A DNA stretch of 64,000 bases from Acidaminococcus sp. (GTDB taxonomy: Bacteria; Bacillota; Negativicutes; Acidaminococcales; Acidaminococcaceae). The position numbers and the translations under genes were made by a program. Under the pieces are notes generated by a model, which was not told the origin of the DNA, made no database searches, and saw nothing but the letters and a program-made list of their open reading frames with translations. The stretch is taken from the NCBI GenBank assembly GCA_022482815.1, contig JAKVOM010000001.1:1630946-1694945 (forward strand), read 5' to 3'. Every line of letters begins with the position of its first letter. The first letter of the stretch is position 1. Below are positions 31,779-42,450 of this stretch, piece by piece.

Positions 31779-32255
31779 ATGGAAAAGGTAGTTATCGAAA
31801 GTTTCACGCTTGACCATACGAAAGTCAAAGCGCCGTATGTGCGCCTCATTTCCCAGGAAACGGGCGAACACGGTGACATCGTGTCGAATTATGATATCCG
31901 GCTCTGCCAGCCGAATAAGGAAGCGATTCCGACGGGCGGAATGCATACGCTGGAGCACCTGCTGGCCCTCTATCTGCGCCCGCGGATCAAAGGGTATCTG
32001 GACTGCTCTCCCTTCGGCTGCCGCACGGGATTCCATCTGCTGTGCTGGGGCGTCCATGACCCGAAGGACGTGGCTGTAGCCCTCAAGGAAGCACTGGAAC
32101 TTGTGACGAAGACGAAGTGGGAAGACGTACCGGGCACGCAGGAAAAGGAATGCGGCAACTACCGCGACCATTCCCTGTTTTGCGCTCAGGAATGGGCCAA
32201 AGCTATTCTGAAAAAGGGCATCAGCTCGGATCCGTACGAGAGAAAATTGGTGTAA
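31779..32255 (+). CDS. luxS: S-ribosylhomocysteine lyase
   Basis: [37 protein letters not shown]. Confidence 0.97.
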   Translation: MEKVVIESFTLDHTKVKAPYVRLISQETGEHGDIVSNYDIRLCQPNKEAIPTGGMHTLEHLLALYLRPRIKGYLDCSPFGCRTGFHLLCWGVHDPKDVAVALKEALELVTKTKWEDVPGTQEKECGNYRDHSLFCAQEWAKAILKKGISSDPYERKLV

Positions 32256-32260
32256 TCAAA

Positions 32261-32465
32261 CGCTGGCCGCGCTGTAGGAAGCAAACCAACGAGCGGTTTG
32301 CAGGGAATAAAAACTAATTGTTATGTGCAATCTATCTCAAGAATCTGCCTAGGCGGCTGCCCGCACGATTGTACTAGCCACTTTTGTAACTGCAATCGAG
32401 GCTAAAAGCTAAACGCCAAAAGCTAAAGGCGCTTTTATTTTCTATCTGCAATCGGCTATCTGCTT
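32261..32465 (+). repeat. Composite heptamer element (hairpin, AAGAATC core, GCTAAAA heptamers)
   Basis: Same modules and order as 26555-26875. Confidence 0.8.
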
Positions 32466-32485
32466 TTTCTAAATCCCGGAGGATA

Positions 32486-32989
32486 ATGATGACAGAGTTA
32501 TATTTTATCGGATACAAGGATTTTAAAAACGGGAAACTGTGCCGCGTGGAAACGCTGCGGCTAAGAATTCCTATTAATATTGAAGCTAAAGAAGGCTCTG
32601 ATTTTTCCCTCAGGGAAAATGATCGCTGTGAAGTGGAAATCTCCGGGCGGGATTCGGAACTGAGAATTTACCCGAGCAAGGCAGCCTTTATGGATGGAGA
32701 AGCTGGAGTGACTCCGTATGCCACGATGCCTATCGGAACGATGGGTGAGACACCGGATGGCCGGCAGGTCGAAGAAACTCCGTTTCTTGTTTTCTCCGGG
32801 GAAATCATGGATGTCCGTCACAATGAGCATCCCGGTGAAAATGACCCCGATTATTATGTGACCATCAAAGCAAGCGATTTTGTCTTTGATTTGCCCGTGT
32901 TCTATAAGGACACCATTGAAAAGGGGTATTGGATTATGGGGATTACGTGGCTTACGGGTGTAGTGAAAAAGCCGCAGGCCGCGCTGTAA
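32486..32989 (+). CDS. Hypothetical protein (beta-rich); last codons overlap a repeat element
   Basis: GGAGG RBS, 167 aa; no family recognised. Confidence 0.75.
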   Translation: MMTELYFIGYKDFKNGKLCRVETLRLRIPINIEAKEGSDFSLRENDRCEVEISGRDSELRIYPSKAAFMDGEAGVTPYATMPIGTMGETPDGRQVEETPFLVFSGEIMDVRHNEHPGENDPDYYVTIKASDFVFDLPVFYKDTIEKGYWIMGITWLTGVVKKPQAAL

Positions 32990-33091
32990 GAAGCAAACCG
33001 ACAAGCGGTTTGCGACGAATAAAAAATAAAAATCGGGTCTCTTGCGAGGCTCGATTTTTTTGTATAATAGTTCAGTGCGATAGAAAAGGTT

Positions 33092-33735
33092 GAAAACAGC
33101 CTCGCGCCTTGATGAAGCCAAATCAAAGATTTGGCTCAATTCAATTAGGACGATGCTTGATCGTACCCATTCATGCGGTCTGAATGAATACCCACCGCAG
33201 ACGGAATGGCCTGACGATATCAGGCCATTCCTGCGGTCCTCCTTAATCAACTATCCTCCACCACTCCGTGGTCCGCCCTCCTTCCGAAGGAGGTTGTAGA
33301 GGAATTCCAAACCTAACGGTTTGGCTTAACTAAGGCGAACAGAGGGCAAAAGAGGTGCGAAAATTTCACTTGTGTCTTCTCTATTTCAAAAAGCAGCTCT
33401 TTAGGGTTAAAACATTCTATCCTCCATCGCAAGCGATTCTCCTTAACTTACTTTCCTCCGCCACTTCGTGGTCCGCCCTCCTTCCAGCGGAAGGAGGTTG
33501 TAGAGGAATTCCAAACCTGACGGTTTGGCTTAACTAGGGCGACGTGAAAGAAGGTCCGGACGTAGCAATGCTTCGCATTGCCTGAATAAATAAAATGAGC
33601 TGCGTTTTTTCACCGTAGAAGTGTTATATTTTTGTCTCTGCTATCGGATACAGATAGTTAAAAGAAATTTAAGGGTCATCATCCCCCGCAAAGCGGGCCC
33701 CCTTCTTCAATGTCGCACAGCGACGTCGAAGAAGG
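33092..33735 (+). repeat. Mosaic double-hairpin repeat block, copy 1
   Basis: Long similarity to 41932-42450, 46020-47035 and 53245-54075. Confidence 0.9.
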
Positions 33736-33984
33736 TCTCTAAAAATTTACCGCCGCAATTTTTTAATTTTATTTTTACTAAACTGACACAGGAGGTGAGG
33801 TTTAGTTTCCATGGGCGACCTGCGACGCGCGTCCCTGCAGTTGTCTTGCATCAGAGTCCATCAGAAACGAATTAAGGCCGATTTCAGCGGCTGGGGGTGA
33901 AGGCTTTGGTCTCCTTTGTCGGCCGGTCGGAAAGTCGCTGCAGGCGGGCTAAATGCCATACGCTGAATGCACTTTTCAGCCATC

Positions 33985-34080
33985 TGCAGCTATCGGCTAA
34001 CTGCTAACGGCTATCTGCCTTGGGCTTTGCCTAACAACCTGCCCGCACGGGTGTGCTAACCACTACTCACTAACCACTGC
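33985..34080 (+). repeat. GCTATC/GCTAAC heptamers plus GCCCGCACG core plus CTAACCA heptamers
   Basis: Same modules as 849-950. Confidence 0.75.
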
Positions 34081-34092
34081 CGCTACTTTCCC

Positions 34093-34121
34093 TTGCAGTC
34101 CTTTTTTGTTCATGTTATAAT
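34093..34121 (+). promoter_or_regulatory. Promoter of the pheST leader
   Basis: TTGCAG-17 bp-TATAAT with an extended TGn. Confidence 0.7.
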
Positions 34122-34142
34122 ATTTTCATTAAATTTCATACT

Positions 34143-35396
<1,254 letters not shown>

Positions 35397-35411
35397 GGAG
35401 GCACTGCCAGT

Positions 35412-37847
35412 ATGTTAGCTTCTATCAATTGGTTAAAGAAATATGTAGATATCGACGTCACTCCGGAAGAGCTGGCGGATAAATTAACGCATGTCGGTCT
35501 GGAAGTAGAACGCGTCATTCATCTGGGCGAAGGCCTGGAAGGCGTTATCACCGGTAAAGTCCAGACCATTGAGCGTCATCCGAATTCCGACCATCTGTGG
35601 ATCTGCCAGATGGATTTGGGCAACGGCGAACTGACCCAGATTCTGACGGGTGCCCAGAATGTTCATCAATACGATATGGTTCCGGTCGCCGTAGTCGGTT
35701 CCCATCTGCCAAACGGCATGAAACTGAAGACGGCTAAGCTGCGCGGCCTCGATTCTTTCGGTATGCTCTGCAGCGCCGGTGAACTTGGCATTGACTCCAA
35801 GCTCCTTCTGCCGGAACAGCGTGACGGCATTTTCATTCTGCCTCCGGACACCCCGATTGGTGTGGACGTCCGCTCCTTCCTGGGCCTTGATGATGTGGTT
35901 CTGGATATCGACCTCACGACGAACCGCGGCGACTGCTTCAATATGCTGGGCCTTGCCCGCGAAGTCGGTGTCGTCCTGAATAAGCCTGTTACGCTGCCGG
36001 AAATGGCTCCAGAAGAAGGCGAGGGTACGCCGGTCGAGAACCTTGCCAAGGTTTCCATCGAAGCCGATGACCTTTGCTCCCGTTTCTCCCTGCGTATGGT
36101 GAAGAACCTCAAGATCCAGCCGTCTCCGGAATGGATGCAGAAACTGCTCCGTGCCGTCAATATTCGTCCAATCAACAACGTCGTCGATGTGACAAACTAT
36201 GTCATGATGGAACTCGGCCAGCCGATGCACGCTTACGATTATGACAAGGTGACCAACCATCACTGGGTGGTTCGCCGCGCCAATGAAGGCGAAGTCCTGA
36301 AGACGCTGGACAGCCAGGACCGTAATCTGACCGAAGAAATGATTGTCATTGGCGACGATGAAAAAGGCATCGGCCTCGGCGGTATCATGGGCGGCTTCGA
36401 AACGGAAGTGACGGATGCCACGAAGACGGTTATGCTGGAATCCGCTACGTTTGACGGCCCGACCATTCGCCGTACATCCAAGGCACTGGGCCTTCGCAGT
36501 GAAGCTTCCCAGCGCTTTGAACGCGGTGTTGATACGATTCGCCAAAAAGATGCCCTGGACCGCGCGGTTTACCTCATTGTCCAAATGGGTGCCGGCGAAG
36601 CTGTACCCGGCGTAACGGAAGCTTATCCGCATCCGCAGAAGCCGGTTGTTATCGACGCTGTTCCTGAAAAACTGGATCAGCGCATCGGCTGCGATATTCC
36701 GGTACCGGAAATGAAAAAGATTTTGGAAGACCTGTACTTCACTGTGGAAGAAAAGGCCGATGGTTCCTGGAGCGTAACCGTTCCGACCTGGCGTAAGGAC
36801 TGCGACTGCAGCGCCGACCTCAGCGAAGAAATCGCCCGTATCTACGGCTATGACAAGATTCCTTCCAAGACACCGCAGCTTGACATGGCACGCGGTGGTC
36901 AGTCCGGCATCGAAGACCTCAAGGATACCGTCCGCGATACGCTCGTCGGAGAGGGCCTTGATGAAGTCATGACCTATACGTTCGTCAATCAGCAAGTCTT
37001 CGATAATATGGCCCTGCCGGCTGCCGACCCGCGCCGCAAGGCAATCCAGATCATCAACCCGATCAGTGAAGACTTCCGGACCATGCGTACAACGATTGTA
37101 CCGAGCCTGCTCAATACGGTGGCCTACAACCTGGCCCGCCAGCAGGAACGGGTAGCCATCTTTGAAGTCGGCCGTGTCTTCATTGCCAAGGATCTGCCGC
37201 TTACTGAATTCCCGGAAGAACGGGAAGTGCTCGGCATTGCTTTAAGCGGCAAGCGTCACTGCATGAGCTGGAACGAGAGCAAGGATACCGTAGATTTCTA
37301 TGATGTGAAGGGTTATTTTGAATCTGTCATGGATAAACTGCAGGTAACCGACATCGATTACAAACCGTGTACGGAACCGTTCATGCATCCTGGCAAGAGC
37401 TGCGTCATCCTCTATAAGGGTGAAAAAGTCGGCTTCATGGGTGCCATCCATCCGACCAGCCAGGAACGCTTCGGCCTGAGCCAGGAAACCTATGTCCTTG
37501 AACTGAGCCTCAAACCGTTTGTGGAAGCGGCAGAAAAAGTTCCGCAATTTGTACATATTCCTCAGTTCCCGAGTGTATCCCGCGATATTGCCGTGGTCGT
37601 TAATAAAGACGTACCGGCAGCAGCACTCGAAGAAGATATCCGTACGCAGTGCGGTACGCTGCTCAAAGAAGTCCGTCTGTTCGACGTCTATACCGGTCTC
37701 CAGGTGAAACCGGGCTGCAAGTCCGTCGCCTTTAACCTGACCTTCCAGGATCTCAAGAGAACCCTGCAGGATAAGGAAGTCGACGACATCATCAAACAAG
37801 TCGTTGAACACGTGCAGGAACGCTTCGGAGGAAGCCTGAGAGACTAA
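35412..37847 (+). CDS. pheT: Phenylalanine--tRNA ligase beta subunit
   Basis: tRNA-binding OB fold, NRGDC, INNVVD.TNYV, RFERGVD, EEIARIYGYD, C-terminal FDX-ACB domain. Confidence 0.98.
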   Translation: MLASINWLKKYVDIDVTPEELADKLTHVGLEVERVIHLGEGLEGVITGKVQTIERHPNSDHLWICQMDLGNGELTQILTGAQNVHQYDMVPVAVVGSHLPNGMKLKTAKLRGLDSFGMLCSAGELGIDSKLLLPEQRDGIFILPPDTPIGVDVRSFLGLDDVVLDIDLTTNRGDCFNMLGLAREVGVVLNKPVTLPEMAPEEGEGTPVENLAKVSIEADDLCSRFSLRMVKNLKIQPSPEWMQKLLRAVNIRPINNVVDVTNYVMMELGQPMHAYDYDKVTNHHWVVRRANEGEVLKTLDSQDRNLTEEMIVIGDDEKGIGLGGIMGGFETEVTDATKTVMLESATFDGPTIRRTSKALGLRSEASQRFERGVDTIRQKDALDRAVYLIVQMGAGEAVPGVTEAYPHPQKPVVIDAVPEKLDQRIGCDIPVPEMKKILEDLYFTVEEKADGSWSVTVPTWRKDCDCSADLSEEIARIYGYDKIPSKTPQLDMARGGQSGIEDLKDTVRDTLVGEGLDEVMTYTFVNQQVFDNMALPAADPRRKAIQIINPISEDFRTMRTTIVPSLLNTVAYNLARQQERVAIFEVGRVFIAKDLPLTEFPEEREVLGIALSGKRHCMSWNESKDTVDFYDVKGYFESVMDKLQVTDIDYKPCTEPFMHPGKSCVILYKGEKVGFMGAIHPTSQERFGLSQETYVLELSLKPFVEAAEKVPQFVHIPQFPSVSRDIAVVVNKDVPAAALEEDIRTQCGTLLKEVRLFDVYTGLQVKPGCKSVAFNLTFQDLKRTLQDKEVDDIIKQVVEHVQERFGGSLRD

Positions 37848-38135
37848 GCCGCAGGAAACCTGCGGCGGCAGATAGCCGTTAGCAGTTGGCCGATAGCGGA
37901 GGATTATGCTGAAATTAAAAAATCGGATCCCTTATGGGGTCCGATTTTTTTGTGGAAAAAGATAAGGCTGTGGCCGACTGCGTCGACCGGCTTTTCGCCG
38001 CTATGGCGGCGAGGCTGGGGTTGCCATCGGCAACCGGCGGTGAGGCTTCGGCCAACTTCGTTGGCCGGCTTAAAAGCTGAGAGGAAAAACACTATCAGCT
38101 GCTAACTGCCTTGGGTTTCAGATTCGCGACCGGCG
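37848..38135. repeat. Cluster of short GC-rich palindromes and heptamers between pheT and the tRNA promoter
   Basis: GCCGCAGG/CCTGCGGC, reversed GCTATC heptamers, and GCTGTGGCCGAC matching the reverse complement of ~47000-47025. Confidence 0.65.
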
Positions 38136-38152
38136 GATTTTCCTAAAAAGAC

Positions 38153-38181
38153 TTGCAAAGAACGTAAATTTATGGTAATAT
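38153..38181 (+). promoter_or_regulatory. tRNA operon promoter
   Basis: TTGCAA-17 bp-TAATAT with TGn. Confidence 0.65.
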
Positions 38182-38200
38182 ACATACCTGTCAGGCAATC

Positions 38201-38278
38201 GGCCCAGTAGTTCAGTTGGTTTAGAATGCCGCCCTGTCACGGCGGAGATCGTCGGTTCAAGTCCGTCCTGGGTCGCCA
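38201..38278 (+). tRNA. tRNA-Asp (GTC)
   Basis: Cloverleaf, anticodon loop CTGTCAC, 3' CCA. Confidence 0.95.
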
Positions 38279-38280
38279 AT

Positions 38281-38355
38281 GCGGAAGTAGCTCAGTGGTA
38301 GAGCATCACCTTGCCAAGGTGGGGGTCGCGAGTTCGAATCTCGTTTTCCGCTCCA
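38281..38355 (+). tRNA. tRNA-Gly (GCC)
   Basis: Cloverleaf, anticodon loop TTGCCAA, 3' CCA. Confidence 0.97.
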
Positions 38356-38356
38356 T

Positions 38357-38430
38357 AGGAGTATAGTTCAATGGTAGAGCAACGGTCTCCAAAACCGTGG
38401 ATCTGGGTTCGAATCCTAGTACTCCTGCCA
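38357..38430 (+). tRNA. tRNA-Trp (CCA)
   Basis: Cloverleaf, anticodon loop CTCCAAA, 3' CCA. Confidence 0.97.
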
Positions 38431-38440
38431 GTGAATTTTA

Positions 38441-38477
38441 AAGCGTGGAAATTCTTACAAGAGTTTCCACGTTTTTT
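38441..38477 (+). terminator. Terminator after the tRNA cluster
   Basis: CGTGGAAA..TTTCCACG stem followed by a T-run. Confidence 0.7.
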
Positions 38478-38623
38478 ATTTATTATAGAAGAAATCCCAT
38501 ATTGTTTCCGCTTTAACGGGACAATATGGGATTTCTTTAATTATTTTCTTGTTCTGCTGAGGTTTTCAAGTGACAATAATGGGTTTTAGGCAGTTCTCAA
38601 TGCAGCTAATTGCGAATGAGCAT

Positions 38624-38735
38624 TAAGAACATAAAAACAACTTTTTATGTTCTTATATGTTGCTAAGAGCAAAAAAACCACATTTTTTGTTCTTAACTGT
38701 TACTAAGAGCAAAAAAACGCAATTTTTTGTTCTTA
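38624..38735. repeat. Three 32-bp palindromes at an exact 40-bp period
   Basis: Units TAAGA(A/G)CA...TGTTCTTA start at 38624, 38664 and 38704. Confidence 0.9.
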
Positions 38736-38917
38736 AAGTAATTCAACAAGCTTTGAAAATACATATCTTGTCTTTCTTTGACTGCCACTACGCATATTTT
38801 GCCGAATATTGTGGCGATTTTATAACTACATCGACTTGTCACTTGGCATTTAAATAATTTATAATAAGAATAATAAAATTATTTAAAATACTTTTATCGC
38901 AAGGAAGTGATTGGACG

Positions 38918-39481
38918 TTGAGTAAAATTAAGTTTGGTCTCAACATGCCGAAAAAGGCAAACATCCAGACAATGGATGAGCTGCGGGAATTTTTTGATGT
39001 GCAGGCCGTAATGAAATGTTTCTTAGACGGCAAGCTCAAGACTTGGCTGGAAGACCGGAATTATGAAGAAGCTGAAGCCGTCCGGCAGCTTGAACGCGAT
39101 TTGTCTGCACAGCTTTGTGCCATTTTTGGCGTAAAAGTGCAGCAGGCTCCGGAATCTTCTGAGATGACTTTTGGTATCAAGGAAGAACGGGAAGGATTCC
39201 ACCGCAAGGCGCAGACTTATAAGGTGTCTTCCGGGTTTGATACGATGCTGGATGATAAAAAGCGGGAAGTTTCGAAAGAAACTTTTAATCGCATCCAAGC
39301 GGCGTTCAGAAATTGGCAGTATGATCCATTAAAAGACAGTCGGGCCATTATCGATGTAATCAATGGTTCCGGGCTGCAAGGATACGGCAAACATTTTACG
39401 GATGATACCCGAATTGCAGATGTCATCAGCAGCAGTGATTTGCGAGGCTATGTAAAAAATTATTTAAACCGACTGGCATAA
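38918..39481 (+). CDS. Hypothetical protein (island gene 1)
   Basis: TTG start after AAGGA; 187 aa, helical. Confidence 0.8.
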   Translation: MSKIKFGLNMPKKANIQTMDELREFFDVQAVMKCFLDGKLKTWLEDRNYEEAEAVRQLERDLSAQLCAIFGVKVQQAPESSEMTFGIKEEREGFHRKAQTYKVSSGFDTMLDDKKREVSKETFNRIQAAFRNWQYDPLKDSRAIIDVINGSGLQGYGKHFTDDTRIADVISSSDLRGYVKNYLNRLA

Positions 39482-39492
39482 AGGAGAAAAAA

Positions 39493-39999
39493 ATGGAACA
39501 ATTAAGCGAATTAAAAAAGCAGAAATTTAGCAATATGGTGAATGAGATAAATCAATATTTTTATAGAAATGAAGTAAGCGGCATTCTTCTTCAGGATCGT
39601 CCTGACAGACTTCCGATTGCTAAGGAAAAAGAGTGGGAATATCGAAAAAATCCTTTGGTAGGCATTGTTTATAGTATTATTTATGCCCATAATGAGAATG
39701 ATAATCCTTTCATGGGAATGTTCGCTGCCCCCACTAGTCTCCTACCAGGGATGAGTTTATCTCAAGGTGCGTCTTTGTTTTGGTCTCTCTTCCTCTGTGC
39801 CGTCAGTGATGAATTTTACGATAATGAGCTGAATCTCGTTGCAGATCAGGCCACAGCATTTGACTTTACCCCTGAAGACGTAGAGGATTGGATTACTGCT
39901 GTGAAATACGTGCTCGACAACAATAAATTAAGCGAGAACTGCAATTTGGCTGTCAAGGGTGAGAAAGCAAAGAAATTTTTCGGTGTACAAGGGATTTAA
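39493..39999 (+). CDS. Hypothetical protein (island gene 2; possibly TerB-like helical C-terminus)
   Basis: AAGGAG RBS, 11 bp after the previous stop; fold guess is tentative. Confidence 0.8.
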   Translation: MEQLSELKKQKFSNMVNEINQYFYRNEVSGILLQDRPDRLPIAKEKEWEYRKNPLVGIVYSIIYAHNENDNPFMGMFAAPTSLLPGMSLSQGASLFWSLFLCAVSDEFYDNELNLVADQATAFDFTPEDVEDWITAVKYVLDNNKLSENCNLAVKGEKAKKFFGVQGI

Positions 40000-40161
40000 C
40001 CCAAAGAAAATGCACGAAGGAAAGTAAGATAACTGAACCAAAGTTAGTGTATTATTTTGATATAGTCTTACTAATGTATTGACCTTAATTACGGGGGGCT
40101 GTCCTTACAATTTGCTAGCGACTGCGTCTCGCTAGACCAAGCAGTGGAGGAGGAAAGACAC

Positions 40162-40971
40162 ATGGGTATTCTTGATATACTGGAAGAAAAACATGATCGT
40201 CATAATCGGGCCAAAGAATACCGGAAATCCGCAGAGCATTATATAGAACACGGCAAGGAAATCATCAACCGGGCTTATGAAAGAGCCTCCCGGGACGCGT
40301 ATAAGACGGAAAAAGCGGTCGATGATTTCAACGATTTCAGAACTCAGGTGGCAAGAGAACTCAATACGTCCATCCGTCCTGTGTTAAGAAATTTTGAGGA
40401 TTTTCATATTGATAGCAAAATTGATGTTCCTGATGTGGGGGTAGATGATATCCGCCTGTCTTCTTTTCATTTTTCTGCTGCTTCCAGTATCCCGAATTTA
40501 GATATTCTTCCGATTTTTGCTATCCTAAGTTTCTTTGATGACAGCGATTATGACGCTGCCTGGACGGCCAAAATGAAAGCAGAAGGTTTCTATGATGACA
40601 TGAAGTACTACAGGATAATGCTGAATAATAAAAGGAAAAAGATGAGCGAAATCCGTTCTTTTCTGGCAGAGGAGCAGTCAGTCATCACATCTTTGATGGA
40701 AAAATTGTCGGCTGCCAAAGACAAACTGAATGAAGGAATGAGAAGCAGCTCTTTCTCCCAAGAGCAGGCAGATACGCTGAAGGGCATCGCCAAATGCTCC
40801 AAACTCGTCGCCAAAACACTTGAGACACAGTTCCTTACGGATTCGGATGATATCGATGACAGAGCCAAAAAACTTCTCAAAGAAATTCAAACCATCAATG
40901 AAGAATTGCCTTCGGCTCCTGATATCCGGCGTTCTCCTAAGGTTATCTGGTTTGGCTCGATTATGTATTGA
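40162..40971 (+). CDS. Hypothetical coiled-coil protein with a central hydrophobic segment (island gene 3)
   Basis: GGAGG RBS; coiled coils flank LDILPIFAILSFF. Confidence 0.8.
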   Translation: MGILDILEEKHDRHNRAKEYRKSAEHYIEHGKEIINRAYERASRDAYKTEKAVDDFNDFRTQVARELNTSIRPVLRNFEDFHIDSKIDVPDVGVDDIRLSSFHFSAASSIPNLDILPIFAILSFFDDSDYDAAWTAKMKAEGFYDDMKYYRIMLNNKRKKMSEIRSFLAEEQSVITSLMEKLSAAKDKLNEGMRSSSFSQEQADTLKGIAKCSKLVAKTLETQFLTDSDDIDDRAKKLLKEIQTINEELPSAPDIRRSPKVIWFGSIMY

Positions 40972-40985
40972 CGGGTATTATAAAA

Positions 40986-41309
40986 ATGGATACTAAAATA
41001 AGTGATCTGGTTGCGGAGCTGATAAGGGCTTTTTACGACTATCTTTATGAGAAGGAATATCAGAAAGAGTATCATTTGACAGAACTTGAGAAAAATATAG
41101 CCGTAATCAGAATCCGGACGAAGCAGATAGCGGCCCAAACGGAAAACATGAAGGCCTATTTTGATTCTCATCAACAGGAAAGGCTGCGGCTCTACCAATC
41201 TGCCGAAAAAGTGCTGGACAAGGCGCTGGCAGACGGCGATAGTGAGTACGCGGAACTGGCCTGCAAGATGATTACGATTATCCGGCAGAAAAATCCTTTC
41301 GCGTTTTAG
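40986..41309 (+). CDS. Hypothetical helical protein (island gene 4)
   Basis: Closely follows gene 3; C-terminus similar to gene 5. Confidence 0.75.
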   Translation: MDTKISDLVAELIRAFYDYLYEKEYQKEYHLTELEKNIAVIRIRTKQIAAQTENMKAYFDSHQQERLRLYQSAEKVLDKALADGDSEYAELACKMITIIRQKNPFAF

Positions 41310-41347
41310 AAAAGGATATTCCCGGTGAGGAGAAGGAAGGGATTTTT

Positions 41348-41836
41348 ATGAGCAGAGACAGTGATAAAAATGAGGTGATTACTGTTACGGCGGAACCCGT
41401 GCCAAGTAAGGCTTCCGCGCCGACTTCGGTGGCGGGAGCTATTTCCATCAAAAACATTCCTATTGAAATTAGTATTGGGTTAATCAAGGAAATCGCGGAT
41501 GTGTATAAAATCGGCATCGAGTGCTTTACGGACTACCTTACCAGTCGGCAGCAAGAAGAGACGGAAAGATTGAGAATCAGGGAATGCGCAAGGGCCATTG
41601 AAAAGAAACTGGAATATGACCAGGAACTCAGACTGAAGATATTAGAAGATAACAGCAAGGAAAAAAATCGTCTCTATGATTCAATGGAAAAAAGTCTGGA
41701 CGTTGCCCTTAAGAATAACGATACAGCCTTTGCCCAAGTTGTAATAAAAACGATGATGGATCTATATAAGTACGATAAAAACATGCCCCTTTTGCAGAGT
41801 CTTGGCAGTTCTCAAGATTCGATAACTCTGAAATAG
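41348..41836 (+). CDS. Hypothetical helical protein (island gene 5), paralog of gene 4
   Basis: Shared E+.RLY.S.EK.LD.AL...D...A motif. Confidence 0.8.
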   Translation: MSRDSDKNEVITVTAEPVPSKASAPTSVAGAISIKNIPIEISIGLIKEIADVYKIGIECFTDYLTSRQQEETERLRIRECARAIEKKLEYDQELRLKILEDNSKEKNRLYDSMEKSLDVALKNNDTAFAQVVIKTMMDLYKYDKNMPLLQSLGSSQDSITLK

Positions 41837-41931
41837 ATGGTGGAATGATGGAAAGGAAAAGTGAACAATGGGGAAGGCACTGTGCGGCGGAGAATCAGTG
41901 CGATAACAAGTCATAGTAGATTTGAAGGAAG

Positions 41932-42450
41932 GAAAACAGCGTCGCGCCCGAATGAGGCCAAATCAAAGATTTGGCTCAATTGAATTAGGACGGTGCTTGA
42001 TTATACTCATTCCTGCGTTCTGAATGAATACCCACCGCAGACGGAAGCCCCGATGGAATCGGGCCTTCCTGCGGTCCGCCCCTCTTATTTTCCAATGGAA
42101 AACAAGAGGGCAAAAGAGGTGCGGAATTTTCACTTTTGCCTTCTATATTTCAAAAAGCAGCTTTTTTGGGGCTAAAACATTCTATCCTCCATCGCAAGCG
42201 ATTCTCCTCCTTTCGACGCCGCAGTGCGGCGTGAAAGAAGGTCCAGCCGTAGCCAATACTTCGCATTGCCGGAATGAAATTAAAAGAGCTACGGAAATTT
42301 ACCGCAGCGATGTCATATTTTTGTTTTAACAAAGCAGTATAGAAGGTTAAAAAAATAATAAGGGTCATCATCCACCGCAAAGCGGTCCCCCTTCCTCAAT
42401 GTCGCGCAGCGACGTCGAGGAAGGTCCCTACGGCGGGGGGATAGCTTCTT
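41932..42450 (+). repeat. Mosaic double-hairpin repeat block, copy 2
   Basis: Aligns by eye with copies 1, 3 and 4. Confidence 0.9.

Noticed and set aside
33090-33299. Short ORFs inside the mosaic repeats (also 41993-42329, 46035-46575, 53173-53949)
   Set aside because: They run through palindromic modules, differ in frame and length between copies, and lack protein-like composition.
33811-33900. 29-codon ORF MGDLRRASLQ... after GGAGG
   Set aside because: The RBS spacing is too long and the start overlaps reversed GCGAC heptamers; no support for translation.
38624-38735. CRISPR array
   Set aside because: Spacers are only 8 bp and resemble each other, the repeats vary internally, and no cas genes are in the window.
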